Source: Bdellovibrionales bacterium (lineage in GTDB: Bacteria; Bdellovibrionota; Bdellovibrionia; Bdellovibrionales; JAGQZY01). Taken from it: a stretch of DNA of 64,000 bases. Positions 1 through 9,395 of this stretch are shown piece by piece (position 1 is the first letter of the stretch; each line of letters begins with the position of its first letter). Where the stretch lies: contig JAYUQP010000067.1 of assembly GCA_043757265.1 (NCBI GenBank), positions 5,617 to 69,616 of the forward strand. The letters run 5' to 3'. The notes beneath the pieces were generated by a model. The model saw nothing but the letters and a program-made list of their open reading frames with translations, did no database searches and was not told the DNA's origin. The translations under genes and the position numbers were made by a program.

Positions 1-609
1 GCGCAACGGATATAAAGGCATTCCACGATCTATTTCTGAATATGAATCAGGTTCCGAAAAAGTGACCGCTCTGTAAAAAGTCGCCACTCCTAATTCCATA
101 GAAAATGCAGCTCGCAATTCCATGATGCTGACTTCGGGGTGAGAACTAACATAAGGTACTGCAAATCTTATAAATTCCTGTGCTCTGACTACGATGCTAA
201 TATCTAGGGCCAACGGAGCCAGACGCTCTGGAAGAGACGCCAACAGGGTTTCGACTTGAGTGGGATATTGTTTCCCATACCAACTTGTTAGCAATTCTCG
301 AAAAGATTCAGGATTGTTAAAAATCTCAGTCCAAAAATCGTGATCTCTAAAAATTCCATTTTTCCGCCAAAGACCAACGAGCATCGCAGGTCGAAAGGAA
401 ATAGAACTCCGACCATGGACAATGAGCCATTTCTGCACGTGTGCAACTGCAGCTTTAGCAGCCTCCTCCAGCTCTAGGGCCGTAGGAGCAATATTGATCT
501 GATCTGAAACACTTCTCTCACTAAAAATATTCAGACACTGATTAGAAAATGCCGTGCTCACATCGACAATGATGAAATAAATTAAAATTAAACGAGAAAA
601 ATGTTTCAT
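1..609 (-). CDS. Secreted hypothetical protein, runs off the left edge of the window (>203 aa)
   Basis: Not in the ORF track. Read manually: ATG at 609, open frame to position 1 (MKHFSRLILIYFIIVDVSTAFSNQCLNIFSERS...TFYRAVTF...). N-terminus looks like a signal peptide. Confidence 0.75.
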   Translation of the reverse strand, partial: MKHFSRLILIYFIIVDVSTAFSNQCLNIFSERSVSDQINIAPTALELEEAAKAAVAHVQKWLIVHGRSSISFRPAMLVGLWRKNGIFRDHDFWTEIFNNPESFRELLTSWYGKQYPTQVETLLASLPERLAPLALDISIVVRAQEFIRFAVPYVSSHPEVSIMELRAAFSMELGVATFYRAVTFSEPDSYSEIDRGMPLYPLR

Positions 610-797
610 GAATACATCCAATTTTTAAGATCTCGATGCGACACACCTGGCAAACCGTTCTAGCGAACCTAAACGATGGATGTGTGGAGGTAAAGTAAAG
701 GTCGCAGAGTACAAAAAAATTACAGCGTGCGAAAGTAACCACGTTAACATCAGTGAGTTAAAAATGGGTTGATAAATACGTGCATTTTTTTGTAAAT

Positions 798-1568
798 TTA
801 ATACTTCTTGTGTTGGGGCGTAAAAGGAAGTGTTATGATACGTTTCAGCGACAGTTCACTTCGCACTCGCTCAATTCCGAATCGCGTGGTCATATCCGAA
901 GTATTCTCTTTATATGTTCCGCCGAGTCGGTCCCAAAATGAAAAAACTGTGGCAAAGTTCGAGTTTTGTAACCGCTCTTCGACGTCATGATGTTTACGAT
1001 GCATAGACGGCGTTACAAATATCCACTGCACATAACGTTCGACCGTTGCTGGGAGTTTAATGTTTGCGTGTTGGAAGAGATTGCAGCCCTGGAAAAGAAT
1101 TTCAAACAGAAGTACTGCCGAAAATGGAAATCCTAAAAGAGAGATGAGAGAAAGTCTTAAGCCAGCGGATATCAGAGTTTCCAAAACGTGAAAGCGAAAG
1201 GCTGTAGATGCTTCCAGATGAATTTCGCTATGATGAGGTTCATGCAACCTCCACAGATGGGGGACTTTATGAAAAAATCTGTGCCCTACATAGCTTGTAA
1301 GATCCAAAAATAGAAAAGTATAAATGCAGTTAAAAAAACTCGCAGGAGTTTTCATATCTAAAATAAAAACGCGAGAAAACATATAAAGAAGTAAAAGCCC
1401 AAACGCTCCACTTAGTAGTCCTAGGAAAAGATTCTTTATTGTCGAAGTTCGCGGATGTGCGGCAAACGGAAAGGCGCGCTCAGCACCATAGAAAACCGAA
1501 AATAAAACAATCAAGCAAAGTGCTTTATAAGGCATTTGTTTTCTCAAGCGTTTGATTCTTTTCGGCAT
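798..1568 (-). CDS. Sterol desaturase / fatty acid hydroxylase family membrane protein
   Basis: His boxes HRFFH, HEPHHS, FQHAN, HRKHH; NFATVFSFWDRLGGT motif; several TM segments. Confidence 0.9.
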   Translation of the reverse strand: MPKRIKRLRKQMPYKALCLIVLFSVFYGAERAFPFAAHPRTSTIKNLFLGLLSGAFGLLLLYMFSRVFILDMKTPASFFNCIYTFLFLDLTSYVGHRFFHKVPHLWRLHEPHHSEIHLEASTAFRFHVLETLISAGLRLSLISLLGFPFSAVLLFEILFQGCNLFQHANIKLPATVERYVQWIFVTPSMHRKHHDVEERLQNSNFATVFSFWDRLGGTYKENTSDMTTRFGIERVRSELSLKRIITLPFTPQHKKY

Positions 1569-2301
1569 ATAACAAGATCTCGATTTTTTTGATCCTTGTC
1601 ACATACTTTGCTTTGGCATCGTCGCCATCAATACTGATCCAAATGCCTGCCACGCGTTTGGGGCTCTCAAACTTTTTAATCATCATGATCTTTGATGTGT
1701 TGGATTTCGCCATTTCGAAGCTGCCAGATTTTGCACTCGCACCTTCGAATTTCCCCACGACGACATTCTCCTCGTGGATTAGGTCGCTTTTGATATGCTG
1801 CCGCTTCTTTCCAAGAAGATCAGCGCGTTGGGTGACATTGTAAAAGTAGATTTTATCAAGGCCGGAGTTTTTTGGGGCCATCGAAAAGAACGTTTTTACC
1901 CATTGGGGCGCAAACAGCGCCGTCATACCTTCTAGTTTTCTATTGCCTTCGACAATCACTCCGAAACGGAACGCGCTGTCCTCTTCAAAAATTTTCCAAA
2001 CATCCCCTTTGGGCTCGATGATTTGCCCATCAACCTCAATTTCAGCACGAATTTCGGAGATCGTTTTTATTCCATTAAAACTGTAAATCAAGGGACTTGC
2101 CGAGTCGTGCACTTTGATTTCAATACCCGTCTGGCTGAAGGCAACTGCATTGGGCCTGATATTTCTAAACTTCAACTCCTTCCAGTCCTTGACGGAGTCT
2201 AGAGGGATAACCAGTGTAGCGAACAACAATATCGAGGACGTATTCTTTGTTATCAAGAGCGCCTCCACGCGTGGTAGCGTTTTAAAAATCTGAGGCCCCA
2301 T
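1525..2301 (-). CDS. Hypothetical exported protein, DUF3047-like; true start probably downstream of 2301
   Basis: 258-aa ORF overlapping both neighbours. WKELKF..SASPL..ED.AFRFGV..ISIDGDD pattern and context resemble DUF3047. Confidence 0.55.
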   Translation of the reverse strand: MGPQIFKTLPRVEALLITKNTSSILLFATLVIPLDSVKDWKELKFRNIRPNAVAFSQTGIEIKVHDSASPLIYSFNGIKTISEIRAEIEVDGQIIEPKGDVWKIFEEDSAFRFGVIVEGNRKLEGMTALFAPQWVKTFFSMAPKNSGLDKIYFYNVTQRADLLGKKRQHIKSDLIHEENVVVGKFEGASAKSGSFEMAKSNTSKIMMIKKFESPKRVAGIWISIDGDDAKAKYVTRIKKIEILLYAEKNQTLEKTNAL

Positions 2302-4379
2302 GGGGGAACGTTCGAAGTCTGCCAGCGACCGGCGGCAAACTTATTTGCTTCCGCCCAGGTGGGATAGGCATGGGTTGTGGCCAAAATCTTTTTCAGACCT
2401 AAGCGGTGCTTCATCGCCAGTACGATTTCACTGATGGACTCTCCTGCATGCGCCGCCACGAAAGTTGCACCTAAAATCTGATCCGAATTTTTGCCGGTGA
2501 TAAATTTAACAAAGCCGTTTTCCTCACCTTCGCAGATCGCGCGGTCGAGTTCCGAGATGGAGTACTTGGTCACCTCAGCGTCAGCCATCTGTGCTCGCGC
2601 TTCGGCTTCGGTGAGTCCCACCTGTGCGATCTCGGGCGACGTGAACACCACCTGTGGCATCACTCGGTAATCAGCTGCAAATTGTTTGAACGGGCGAAGA
2701 AGACCGTTTAGCGTGGCATACCATGCCTGATGAGCGGCTGCATGAGTGAGTTGAAATGGCCCCGCACAGTCGCCGCAAACAAAAATATTTGGAAAGCGTG
2801 TGGCTAAAAACTTATCATGCGCGATAAAACCTTTTTCGTCTAAAGTGATGCCGAGTTTTTCAAGTCCTAAACCAGCGGTTCGCGCCCGTCTGCCAATTGC
2901 AAACAGCACCTGATCAAAATGAATAGCTTCTGTTTGTTCTTTTTCATCGAGCACGATTGCAAAGTTGTTTTCCTCAATTCTGACAAGTTCAGTATTCAGT
3001 TTAAGGACGACGCCCTCCTGAGTTAAAATTTGCTCTAACATCAAGGACACTTCGGGCTCAGAACTATTTAATATCTTTGGTGATTTATCTATCAATGTCA
3101 CCAGGCTTCCTAATCGGCAAAATGCTTGAGCAAGCTCACAGCCGATGGCACCGGCACCAACGATCAGCAATGTTTTCGGTTGTTCTTTCAGTGTCCACAA
3201 ATTCTCACTGGTTAAATAGGTTTTCAGACCAGACACTGCTGGGACGATGGGCTCCGCACCGGAGGCAATAACTATGTTTTTGGTCGTTAATACTCGATCG
3301 CCGCATTTCACTTCAAACGGTGAAAGGATTTCTGCGTCGCCCGAAAAACATTCAACACCCCGCTGCGTGTACCGTTCGCGAGAATCGTTAGGTGCTATTT
3401 TTGCTATCACCGAATGCACGCGCTCCATAATTTTCGCAAAAGAAACAGAAACTGCTGTGTTAGATACTCCAAAATCCTGCGCCTTGCGAACTGCATGGGC
3501 CATTTTAGCAGAAGCGATAAAGGCTTTACTTGGCACACAGCCAGAGTTCAGGCAGTCGCCTCCCATTTTATCTTTTTCGATGAGCGCGACTTTGGCTTTT
3601 ACAGTCGCCGCAATGTAGGAGCTTACTAGCCCCGCCGAGCCTGCTCCGATAACTACGGTGTTGTAATCGAAGCGTTTCGGTTTTTTGTACGCTTTGTATA
3701 TATTTACCTGCCGAAAATATTCCATGGCGGCCTTACCAAACCACGGTAGTGCTGCCAAACCGAAAAGTGCGAGTGTGACCTCCACGGTCACCACGTCGGA
3801 CAATGAAGTGAGTTCGGAGATATTGCGACCGGCATAAACATAGGCCACCGTACCTGGCAGCATCCCTAACTGGCTAATCCAAAAAAAACGAAATGCAGAT
3901 ATCGAAGTAAGCCCCATCACCATGTTCACCATAAAAAACGGCACAACTGGTGCCAGTCGCAAACTTAGCAAATAATATGTGCCGTCGGCCTCCATGCCAT
4001 CGTTGATCTTTTTAAAAAACATGGAGTACTTTTTTTGCACGGTATCTTTGAATAATAACCGAGTCCCTAGAAACGCCAGTGTGGCACCAATAGTACTAAC
4101 AACAGACACGAGTATCGACCCCACAATCACCCCAAAGAGAGCTCCCGCTAGAAGCGTAAGAACCGAGGCACCAGGAAACGAAAGCGCGGTGGTGATAATG
4201 TAGATGAGTGAAAACATCAACACACTGATTGCAAAGTGTTCTTGCACAATAATTTTTAAAGACGCCAACTGCACTTGCGTACTACTTAGCGAAAGAAAGC
4301 TTGGGCCTGCCTTGTAATAAAAAGCAACCAGTACGATCCCAGCTACAAACAACATCCAGTTTCGTTTATTATTTAGCAT
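2253..4379 (-). CDS. DedA/TVP38 (VTT) membrane domain fused to a pyridine nucleotide-disulfide oxidoreductase (LpdA/MerA-like)
   Basis: N-terminal PGASVLTLLAGALFG and LRLAPVVPF (VTT). VIGAGSAG FAD site, GGDCLNSGCVPSK redox disulfide, VGAGAIGCE NAD site, HAYPTWAE. Confidence 0.92.
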   Translation of the reverse strand: MLNNKRNWMLFVAGIVLVAFYYKAGPSFLSLSSTQVQLASLKIIVQEHFAISVLMFSLIYIITTALSFPGASVLTLLAGALFGVIVGSILVSVVSTIGATLAFLGTRLLFKDTVQKKYSMFFKKINDGMEADGTYYLLSLRLAPVVPFFMVNMVMGLTSISAFRFFWISQLGMLPGTVAYVYAGRNISELTSLSDVVTVEVTLALFGLAALPWFGKAAMEYFRQVNIYKAYKKPKRFDYNTVVIGAGSAGLVSSYIAATVKAKVALIEKDKMGGDCLNSGCVPSKAFIASAKMAHAVRKAQDFGVSNTAVSVSFAKIMERVHSVIAKIAPNDSRERYTQRGVECFSGDAEILSPFEVKCGDRVLTTKNIVIASGAEPIVPAVSGLKTYLTSENLWTLKEQPKTLLIVGAGAIGCELAQAFCRLGSLVTLIDKSPKILNSSEPEVSLMLEQILTQEGVVLKLNTELVRIEENNFAIVLDEKEQTEAIHFDQVLFAIGRRARTAGLGLEKLGITLDEKGFIAHDKFLATRFPNIFVCGDCAGPFQLTHAAAHQAWYATLNGLLRPFKQFAADYRVMPQVVFTSPEIAQVGLTEAEARAQMADAEVTKYSISELDRAICEGEENGFVKFITGKNSDQILGATFVAAHAGESISEIVLAMKHRLGLKKILATTHAYPTWAEANKFAAGRWQTSNVPPWGLRFLKRYHAWRRS

Positions 4380-4461
4380 CTTTTCCGTTCTCTTGATTTG
4401 TGCGACAAAAATTCATGTTATCCAGTTGCATTTTGATGTCAACTCGCTAGAATCACAGCCA

Positions 4462-5502
4462 ATGGAAGAGATTTTAGTTATCTGTACGTGTCTTGCGTTA
4501 AACGCTGTCTTCGCAGCTTATGAAATGGCCTTTGTTTCGGTGCCGAAACCTGAGCTTCGCAGCGTAGCCCGAAAAGGCAATTTTTCGGCAAAAAAACTTT
4601 TAAAGTTACGAGAAAATCCAGAGCGTTCACTGTCTGTAATTCAAGTTGGAATCACTCTCGTCGGTGCCATTGCCGCTGCCGTTGGAGGAGCTGGTGCCTC
4701 TGATCGTTTAGAGCCTTATTTAATAAGCGAATTTGGAATGGTTCCTCTACACGCCGAAATCTTAGCGGTCATTGCTGTTGTTCTACCGCTCACCTATCTT
4801 AATGTGGTCATAGGTGAACTTGTTCCTAAAACTTTAGCGTTACGAAATCCAATGAAGATTGTTTTAACCGGTGCAAAAGTTTTATTTATCGCCGATAAAA
4901 TTCTCTCGCCAGTCGTTACCGGACTTGAATGGTCGACGAAAATTTTGCTCAAAATCTTTTTTCGTAAAAAATCAATCCCCGAACCCTCAACTCTCATTTC
5001 AATTGAAATTGATGCGCTCTCCCCCACACATCAAGCGCTTATGTTGAACATGGCACAGATTGAAAATAAAAAAATCACAGACGCCCTTGTTTCGTGGACT
5101 AAAACAAACTTCGTAAATAAACAAGACACGATAGCCGTAGTTTTTCAGGCCGTCCTGCAATCTGGGCACACTCGGTTGCCCGTTTTAGATGAAAACAAAG
5201 TAATTGGTATTCTACATACCAAAGAGTTCATCGCCTACCGCGAGTCTGGAGAAACAAACTGGGCTGTGATCATTCGACCGACCATGCACGTGTACGGCAC
5301 CGACTCTGTGTTGCGAACTATGCGGATGATGCAAGATAAAAAAAGCCACATGGCTATTGTGATCAATGAAGTCAGGCAAATTTTAGGCGTTGTGACACTG
5401 GAAGATCTCATCGAAGAGGTCATCGGCGATATTTACGATGAAGACGATGATGGGAAAATACGCAAAATTTATGCCGCAAAAGCAAAAGGCCGCTTTATTT
5501 AG
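4462..5502 (+). CDS. HlyC/CorC (CNNM + CBS pair) family transporter
   Basis: FAAYEMAFVS, QVGITL, GELVPKTLA, SGHTRLPV, GVVTLEDLIEEVIGDIYDE. Start taken at ATG 4462. Confidence 0.92.
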   Translation: MEEILVICTCLALNAVFAAYEMAFVSVPKPELRSVARKGNFSAKKLLKLRENPERSLSVIQVGITLVGAIAAAVGGAGASDRLEPYLISEFGMVPLHAEILAVIAVVLPLTYLNVVIGELVPKTLALRNPMKIVLTGAKVLFIADKILSPVVTGLEWSTKILLKIFFRKKSIPEPSTLISIEIDALSPTHQALMLNMAQIENKKITDALVSWTKTNFVNKQDTIAVVFQAVLQSGHTRLPVLDENKVIGILHTKEFIAYRESGETNWAVIIRPTMHVYGTDSVLRTMRMMQDKKSHMAIVINEVRQILGVVTLEDLIEEVIGDIYDEDDDGKIRKIYAAKAKGRFI

Positions 5503-5514
5503 GAAGCGGCCTTT
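5485..5514. terminator. Hairpin between convergent genes, likely intrinsic terminator
   Basis: AAAGGCCGCTT-N8-AAGCGGCCTTT inverted repeat spanning the CNNM stop codon. Confidence 0.55.
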
Positions 5515-5548
5515 GCGACTAATCTTTTGAAATTAACTTACTACTTAC

Positions 5549-5800
5549 TTAAGCTAGACGCTTTTTGCTGATGACCATACGGTAAACTGCAAGAATTAAA
5601 ATTGCACCCACAACAGAGGCAATAAACCCAGCAGCTTCCATGTCGTTGTACCAACCCATGTTTCGCCCTAAAAGATTGGCGACGAACGCCCCGGCGATAC
5701 CTAGTAGTATTGTTACAATCCAACCGCCTGGATCTCGTCCCGGCATAATTGCTTTTGCAACTAGTCCTACTATTAATCCGATAAATACTGTCCAAATCAT
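5549..5800 (-). CDS. GlsB/YeaQ/YmgE family stress-response membrane protein
   Basis: IGLIVGLVAKAIMPGRDPGG...LLGIAGA...SVVGAILIL; AAGGAG RBS upstream. Confidence 0.92.
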   Translation of the reverse strand: MIWTVFIGLIVGLVAKAIMPGRDPGGWIVTILLGIAGAFVANLLGRNMGWYNDMEAAGFIASVVGAILILAVYRMVISKKRLA

Positions 5801-5994
5801 ATTTGCTCCTTTGTGAATGTCTAAGGCACAAGCCCTGAATAGATAAAGTGCACTAATAATGCCAAGTTATTTTACTACCTACAAGCATCTTACAGCAGTT
5901 TAGCAAAACCTCAGTAAGCCCAATGTTCAAATTTGCCCCGAGCTTATGAGTTCTTGAACGTGCACGATTTTTACAATGCGAATCTGCCTTATTA

Positions 5995-6186
5995 TTAACC
6001 ATAAGCCTTATCGAACTGAAATCCGCGCATCTTTCCCTCTTCGGAAGTAAACCGAAGTTGAATGGGGTTGCAGCACACTTCACAATCCTCGATGTAAACC
6101 TGTTCACCATCAGTTGAAAGATCTAGCAGCATTGAGATTTTTTCGAGGCAATATGGACATTTAAAAAACTTTTCGATTTCTTCCAT
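5995..6186 (-). CDS. CPXCG-motif cysteine-rich small protein
   Basis: CPYC...YIEDCEVCCNPI. Confidence 0.88.
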   Translation of the reverse strand: MEEIEKFFKCPYCLEKISMLLDLSTDGEQVYIEDCEVCCNPIQLRFTSEEGKMRGFQFDKAYG

Positions 6187-6224
6187 AGATTATCCTTACA
6201 AAAACGCGTCTGAAATTTCCTACG

Positions 6225-9200
6225 TCAGTTCGCTTCGTCAGATGTCTCCGATTTTGGGTTGTTGAGTTTTCTCAAGAATATTTTTGCCAAACGATTTGCC
6301 GGAAAACGTTTTTCGATCCATTCACGAAAGCCATCAATAAATAAGAACGCGGCTGGGATTACCACAAGAGTTAACAGTGTGGATGTAACGGTGCCACCTA
6401 TCAAACCCACTCCCATGCTGGTGCGCTGACTGGAGGCCTCGTTAAGACCGATAGCAAGCGGCAAAGTTCCTGCAATCAACGCGACTGATGTCATAAGAAT
6501 TGGTCGCAATCGGGTTTTTCCGGCAGCGATGATTGCCGAAATTCGATCTTGCCCATTTTCCATTGCATTTTTAGCAAAATCCACTAACAGAATCGAATTT
6601 TTAGCGGCCACACCCAGGAGCATAAAGATTCCTAAAAACGCAAAAAGGTTCAGCGACTCGCCTGCCACAAGCAGTCCAACGAAGGCGCCGCCAAGTGCAA
6701 GTGGAAGTGCGAGCATAATTGTTAGTGGCGTTACAAAAGACTCATAAAGACTCGCCAACACCATATAAATAAAAATGATCGCAAACATCAACGCCACACC
6801 GAGTGATGACCCCATTTCTTGATTGCTCTCCGAGTCGCCCACGTAAAGGTAGCTCATCCCGGTTGGGAGTTTTAAATCTCCGTCGCTTAAACGTTTTGAT
6901 GTTCTAGCCATAACTGCATTTAAATCCCCTCCGGCTCGAATGTCTGCACTGACTAAGATTTTTCGCGACCGATCTTGACGATCAATATTGGCCGGCCCGA
7001 TCACGTCATTAAGCGTGGTCACATTTCGTAATTTGACTAACCGTTGATTGATGTTTGGAACGTAGGTTTCAAGATAGGAATCACGCAAATTTCTTTGATC
7101 CTCTTGCAAACGCACACGAATGTCATACTCTTCGCCCAATTCGCGAAACTTTGCAGCCTTCACGCCTTCGACCTGGGCGCGAAGCTCGGCACCGATGGAA
7201 CGCGAATTGATCCCCAAACTTTCTGAGGCTTCCATTCGCGGGCGAAACTGCAGTTCCGGCTTGCCCGCTCGGTTTGAACTATCCACTTCCTTAAGATCTG
7301 TTTCTTTTTTTAATTCATCGACTAACTTTTTAGCCACTTCCTCCAGCGCCTTTTGGTCGTTTCCCAAAAGTGCCAATGTAAAAGGCCGTGTCATAGCTCC
7401 GCCTGTTGGATCGTAATCTTTCACCTGGATTTTTACATCGGTATAACCTTTGAGCTGATCACGCACACGGTCTTTCATTGCGGAGGTGTTCACTGTGCGA
7501 TTTTTAAAATCAATCATACGTATGTAGCAACTTGCCGTCTGCGGCTCACCGTTAGAGCCACCTACAGTTAAACTCGTCAGTTCGATTTCTTTATTTTGGC
7601 GAACACCCCCATCAATCTCTTCGGCTACTCTCGACATCTCTTCGAGGTTCGTTCCGGGAGGTAGTTCCATATCGACAACAAATTCACCGTTGTCCTGTGG
7701 AGGAATAAAGGTTCCTGGAATAAAGAGCACGGTCGACATACAAAGCACAAAAACTACCAATGCAAGTATGAGCACCGTAATCGGCCGTTTGACAACTTTA
7801 TGCAAAAGCCTTTCGTAATAATGCTCCAGCCCACTTTGCATTTTTTCAAAACGACTTAGTACCGGCTGTGTGAGGCGATCCCATAATCCTCCAGATGGCT
7901 TTTGCGAATGTGGCGCGCCCGCAAAATAGGCCGACAGCATCGGCGCCACCGTGAGCGCATCAAACAGTGAAATCACCATTGCAAAACACACCGTCAAACC
8001 AAACTGCCTCAAGAATTGACCAACAATGCCCGCAGTGAACGCCACTGGCGCAAACACTGCAATCACCACGAGTGTGGTTGCGATGACCGCCAACTGCACC
8101 TCTTTTGTACCTTCCACAGACGCCGTGAATGGATCCTCGCCCAGCTCAAGCCGTCGGAAAATATTTTCACGCACAACAATGGCATCATCAACGAGAAGAC
8201 CCACCGCTAAAACCAGCGCAGTCAACGTCACTATATTGATCGAAAAGTCGTACATCGCCATTAAAATGAATGCGCCGATGATGGAGTTTGGAAGAGCAAG
8301 CGCTGTGATTATCGTCGAGCGCACACTGCCTAAAAAGAAATACACGATCAAAATCGTCAGTAAAATTCCGAGAAAAATAGTCTCTTTAACGTCGAAAATA
8401 TTAGCATCAATTTCGCGGCTGCCATCCTGAATGTATCTCAACTTTACATCGACACCCGCCGTCTTTAAACTCTCTTCAATTTTTGGCAGTTTAAGTTTTA
8501 CTCCGCGCACCACTTCAATAGTGTTTGTGCGCGATTGTTTGTAGATGTCGACAAAAAGCGATTTTTTTCCGTTGACGAAGGCTCGGCGCTTTTCGTCTTG
8601 CAGGGAATCTTTGACAACTCCCACGTCTGCCACCCGCACCGAAGAGTCATTGAAAAATAACGATAAAATAGTGTTTGATATGTCTTTCAGATTGACGAAC
8701 TCGCCAACACTCTTAAACACCGTCTCTTTAGCAGCCTCGTTGATTTTACCAGCGGGAATATTCTCGCCCGTCATTCCCAGCTGCATTGCCACTTGCCCCG
8801 CCGAAACCTGCCGTTCTTTTAATTTTTCGCGATCCAGCTGTACATGGATTTCTCGCTTGCGGCCCCCGGTAATCGACACGAGGCCAACGTCTTTAACCTG
8901 TTGCAATTGCGCTTTGATTTTTTTATCAACAAGATCGTACAGTTTGCCATCTTCAAGATCGGCCTCAACAGCAATACGCAGCACGGGCGTATCGGAAGGA
9001 TCGATTCTTCGAATCACCGGCTCTTCAGTTTCTGTCGGAATTTTAGTTTTGACGAGCGCCACTTTGTCGCGCACCTGTTGCTCGGCAAACTTAATATCGG
9101 TTTCTAGAGTGAATTCTGCAATCACTTGGCTAAAGCCTTCTTGACTCGTGGAGGTCAAACGCTTCAGTCCCGAGATAGTTGAGACTTCATCCTCGACCGG

Positions 9201-9395
9201 TTTTGTAATCAGAGTCTCTATCTCCGTTGGACCTGCTCCAGGATAAACCGTTGTCACGGTAATGATCGGGAAGTTCACGTCGGGAAACAAATCCACAGGG
9301 ATTTTATAAATAGCGGCTGTTCCCACAACCAGCATCATGGCTATAATACACGAAATAAAAATGGGCCGTTTGATGGACAGTTCTGCTAAACTCAC
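6225..9395 (-). CDS. RND efflux transporter permease (AcrB/AcrD/AcrF family)
   Basis: 1056 aa; SIKRP start, GLLVDDAIVVRENI, KNSILLVDF, RLRPILMTS. Confidence 0.96.
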   Translation of the reverse strand: MSLAELSIKRPIFISCIIAMMLVVGTAAIYKIPVDLFPDVNFPIITVTTVYPGAGPTEIETLITKPVEDEVSTISGLKRLTSTSQEGFSQVIAEFTLETDIKFAEQQVRDKVALVKTKIPTETEEPVIRRIDPSDTPVLRIAVEADLEDGKLYDLVDKKIKAQLQQVKDVGLVSITGGRKREIHVQLDREKLKERQVSAGQVAMQLGMTGENIPAGKINEAAKETVFKSVGEFVNLKDISNTILSLFFNDSSVRVADVGVVKDSLQDEKRRAFVNGKKSLFVDIYKQSRTNTIEVVRGVKLKLPKIEESLKTAGVDVKLRYIQDGSREIDANIFDVKETIFLGILLTILIVYFFLGSVRSTIITALALPNSIIGAFILMAMYDFSINIVTLTALVLAVGLLVDDAIVVRENIFRRLELGEDPFTASVEGTKEVQLAVIATTLVVIAVFAPVAFTAGIVGQFLRQFGLTVCFAMVISLFDALTVAPMLSAYFAGAPHSQKPSGGLWDRLTQPVLSRFEKMQSGLEHYYERLLHKVVKRPITVLILALVVFVLCMSTVLFIPGTFIPPQDNGEFVVDMELPPGTNLEEMSRVAEEIDGGVRQNKEIELTSLTVGGSNGEPQTASCYIRMIDFKNRTVNTSAMKDRVRDQLKGYTDVKIQVKDYDPTGGAMTRPFTLALLGNDQKALEEVAKKLVDELKKETDLKEVDSSNRAGKPELQFRPRMEASESLGINSRSIGAELRAQVEGVKAAKFRELGEEYDIRVRLQEDQRNLRDSYLETYVPNINQRLVKLRNVTTLNDVIGPANIDRQDRSRKILVSADIRAGGDLNAVMARTSKRLSDGDLKLPTGMSYLYVGDSESNQEMGSSLGVALMFAIIFIYMVLASLYESFVTPLTIMLALPLALGGAFVGLLVAGESLNLFAFLGIFMLLGVAAKNSILLVDFAKNAMENGQDRISAIIAAGKTRLRPILMTSVALIAGTLPLAIGLNEASSQRTSMGVGLIGGTVTSTLLTLVVIPAAFLFIDGFREWIEKRFPANRLAKIFLRKLNNPKSETSDEAN

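Noticed and set aside
2253-4379. Mercuric reductase merA
   Set aside because: No C-terminal Cys-Cys pair, no NmerA domain and no mer operon genes.
8026-9144. Long + strand ORFs (134 and 199 aa), and similar antisense ORFs across prfC, hflX, TMP and capsid genes
   Set aside because: Shadow frames of well-supported genes on the opposite strand.
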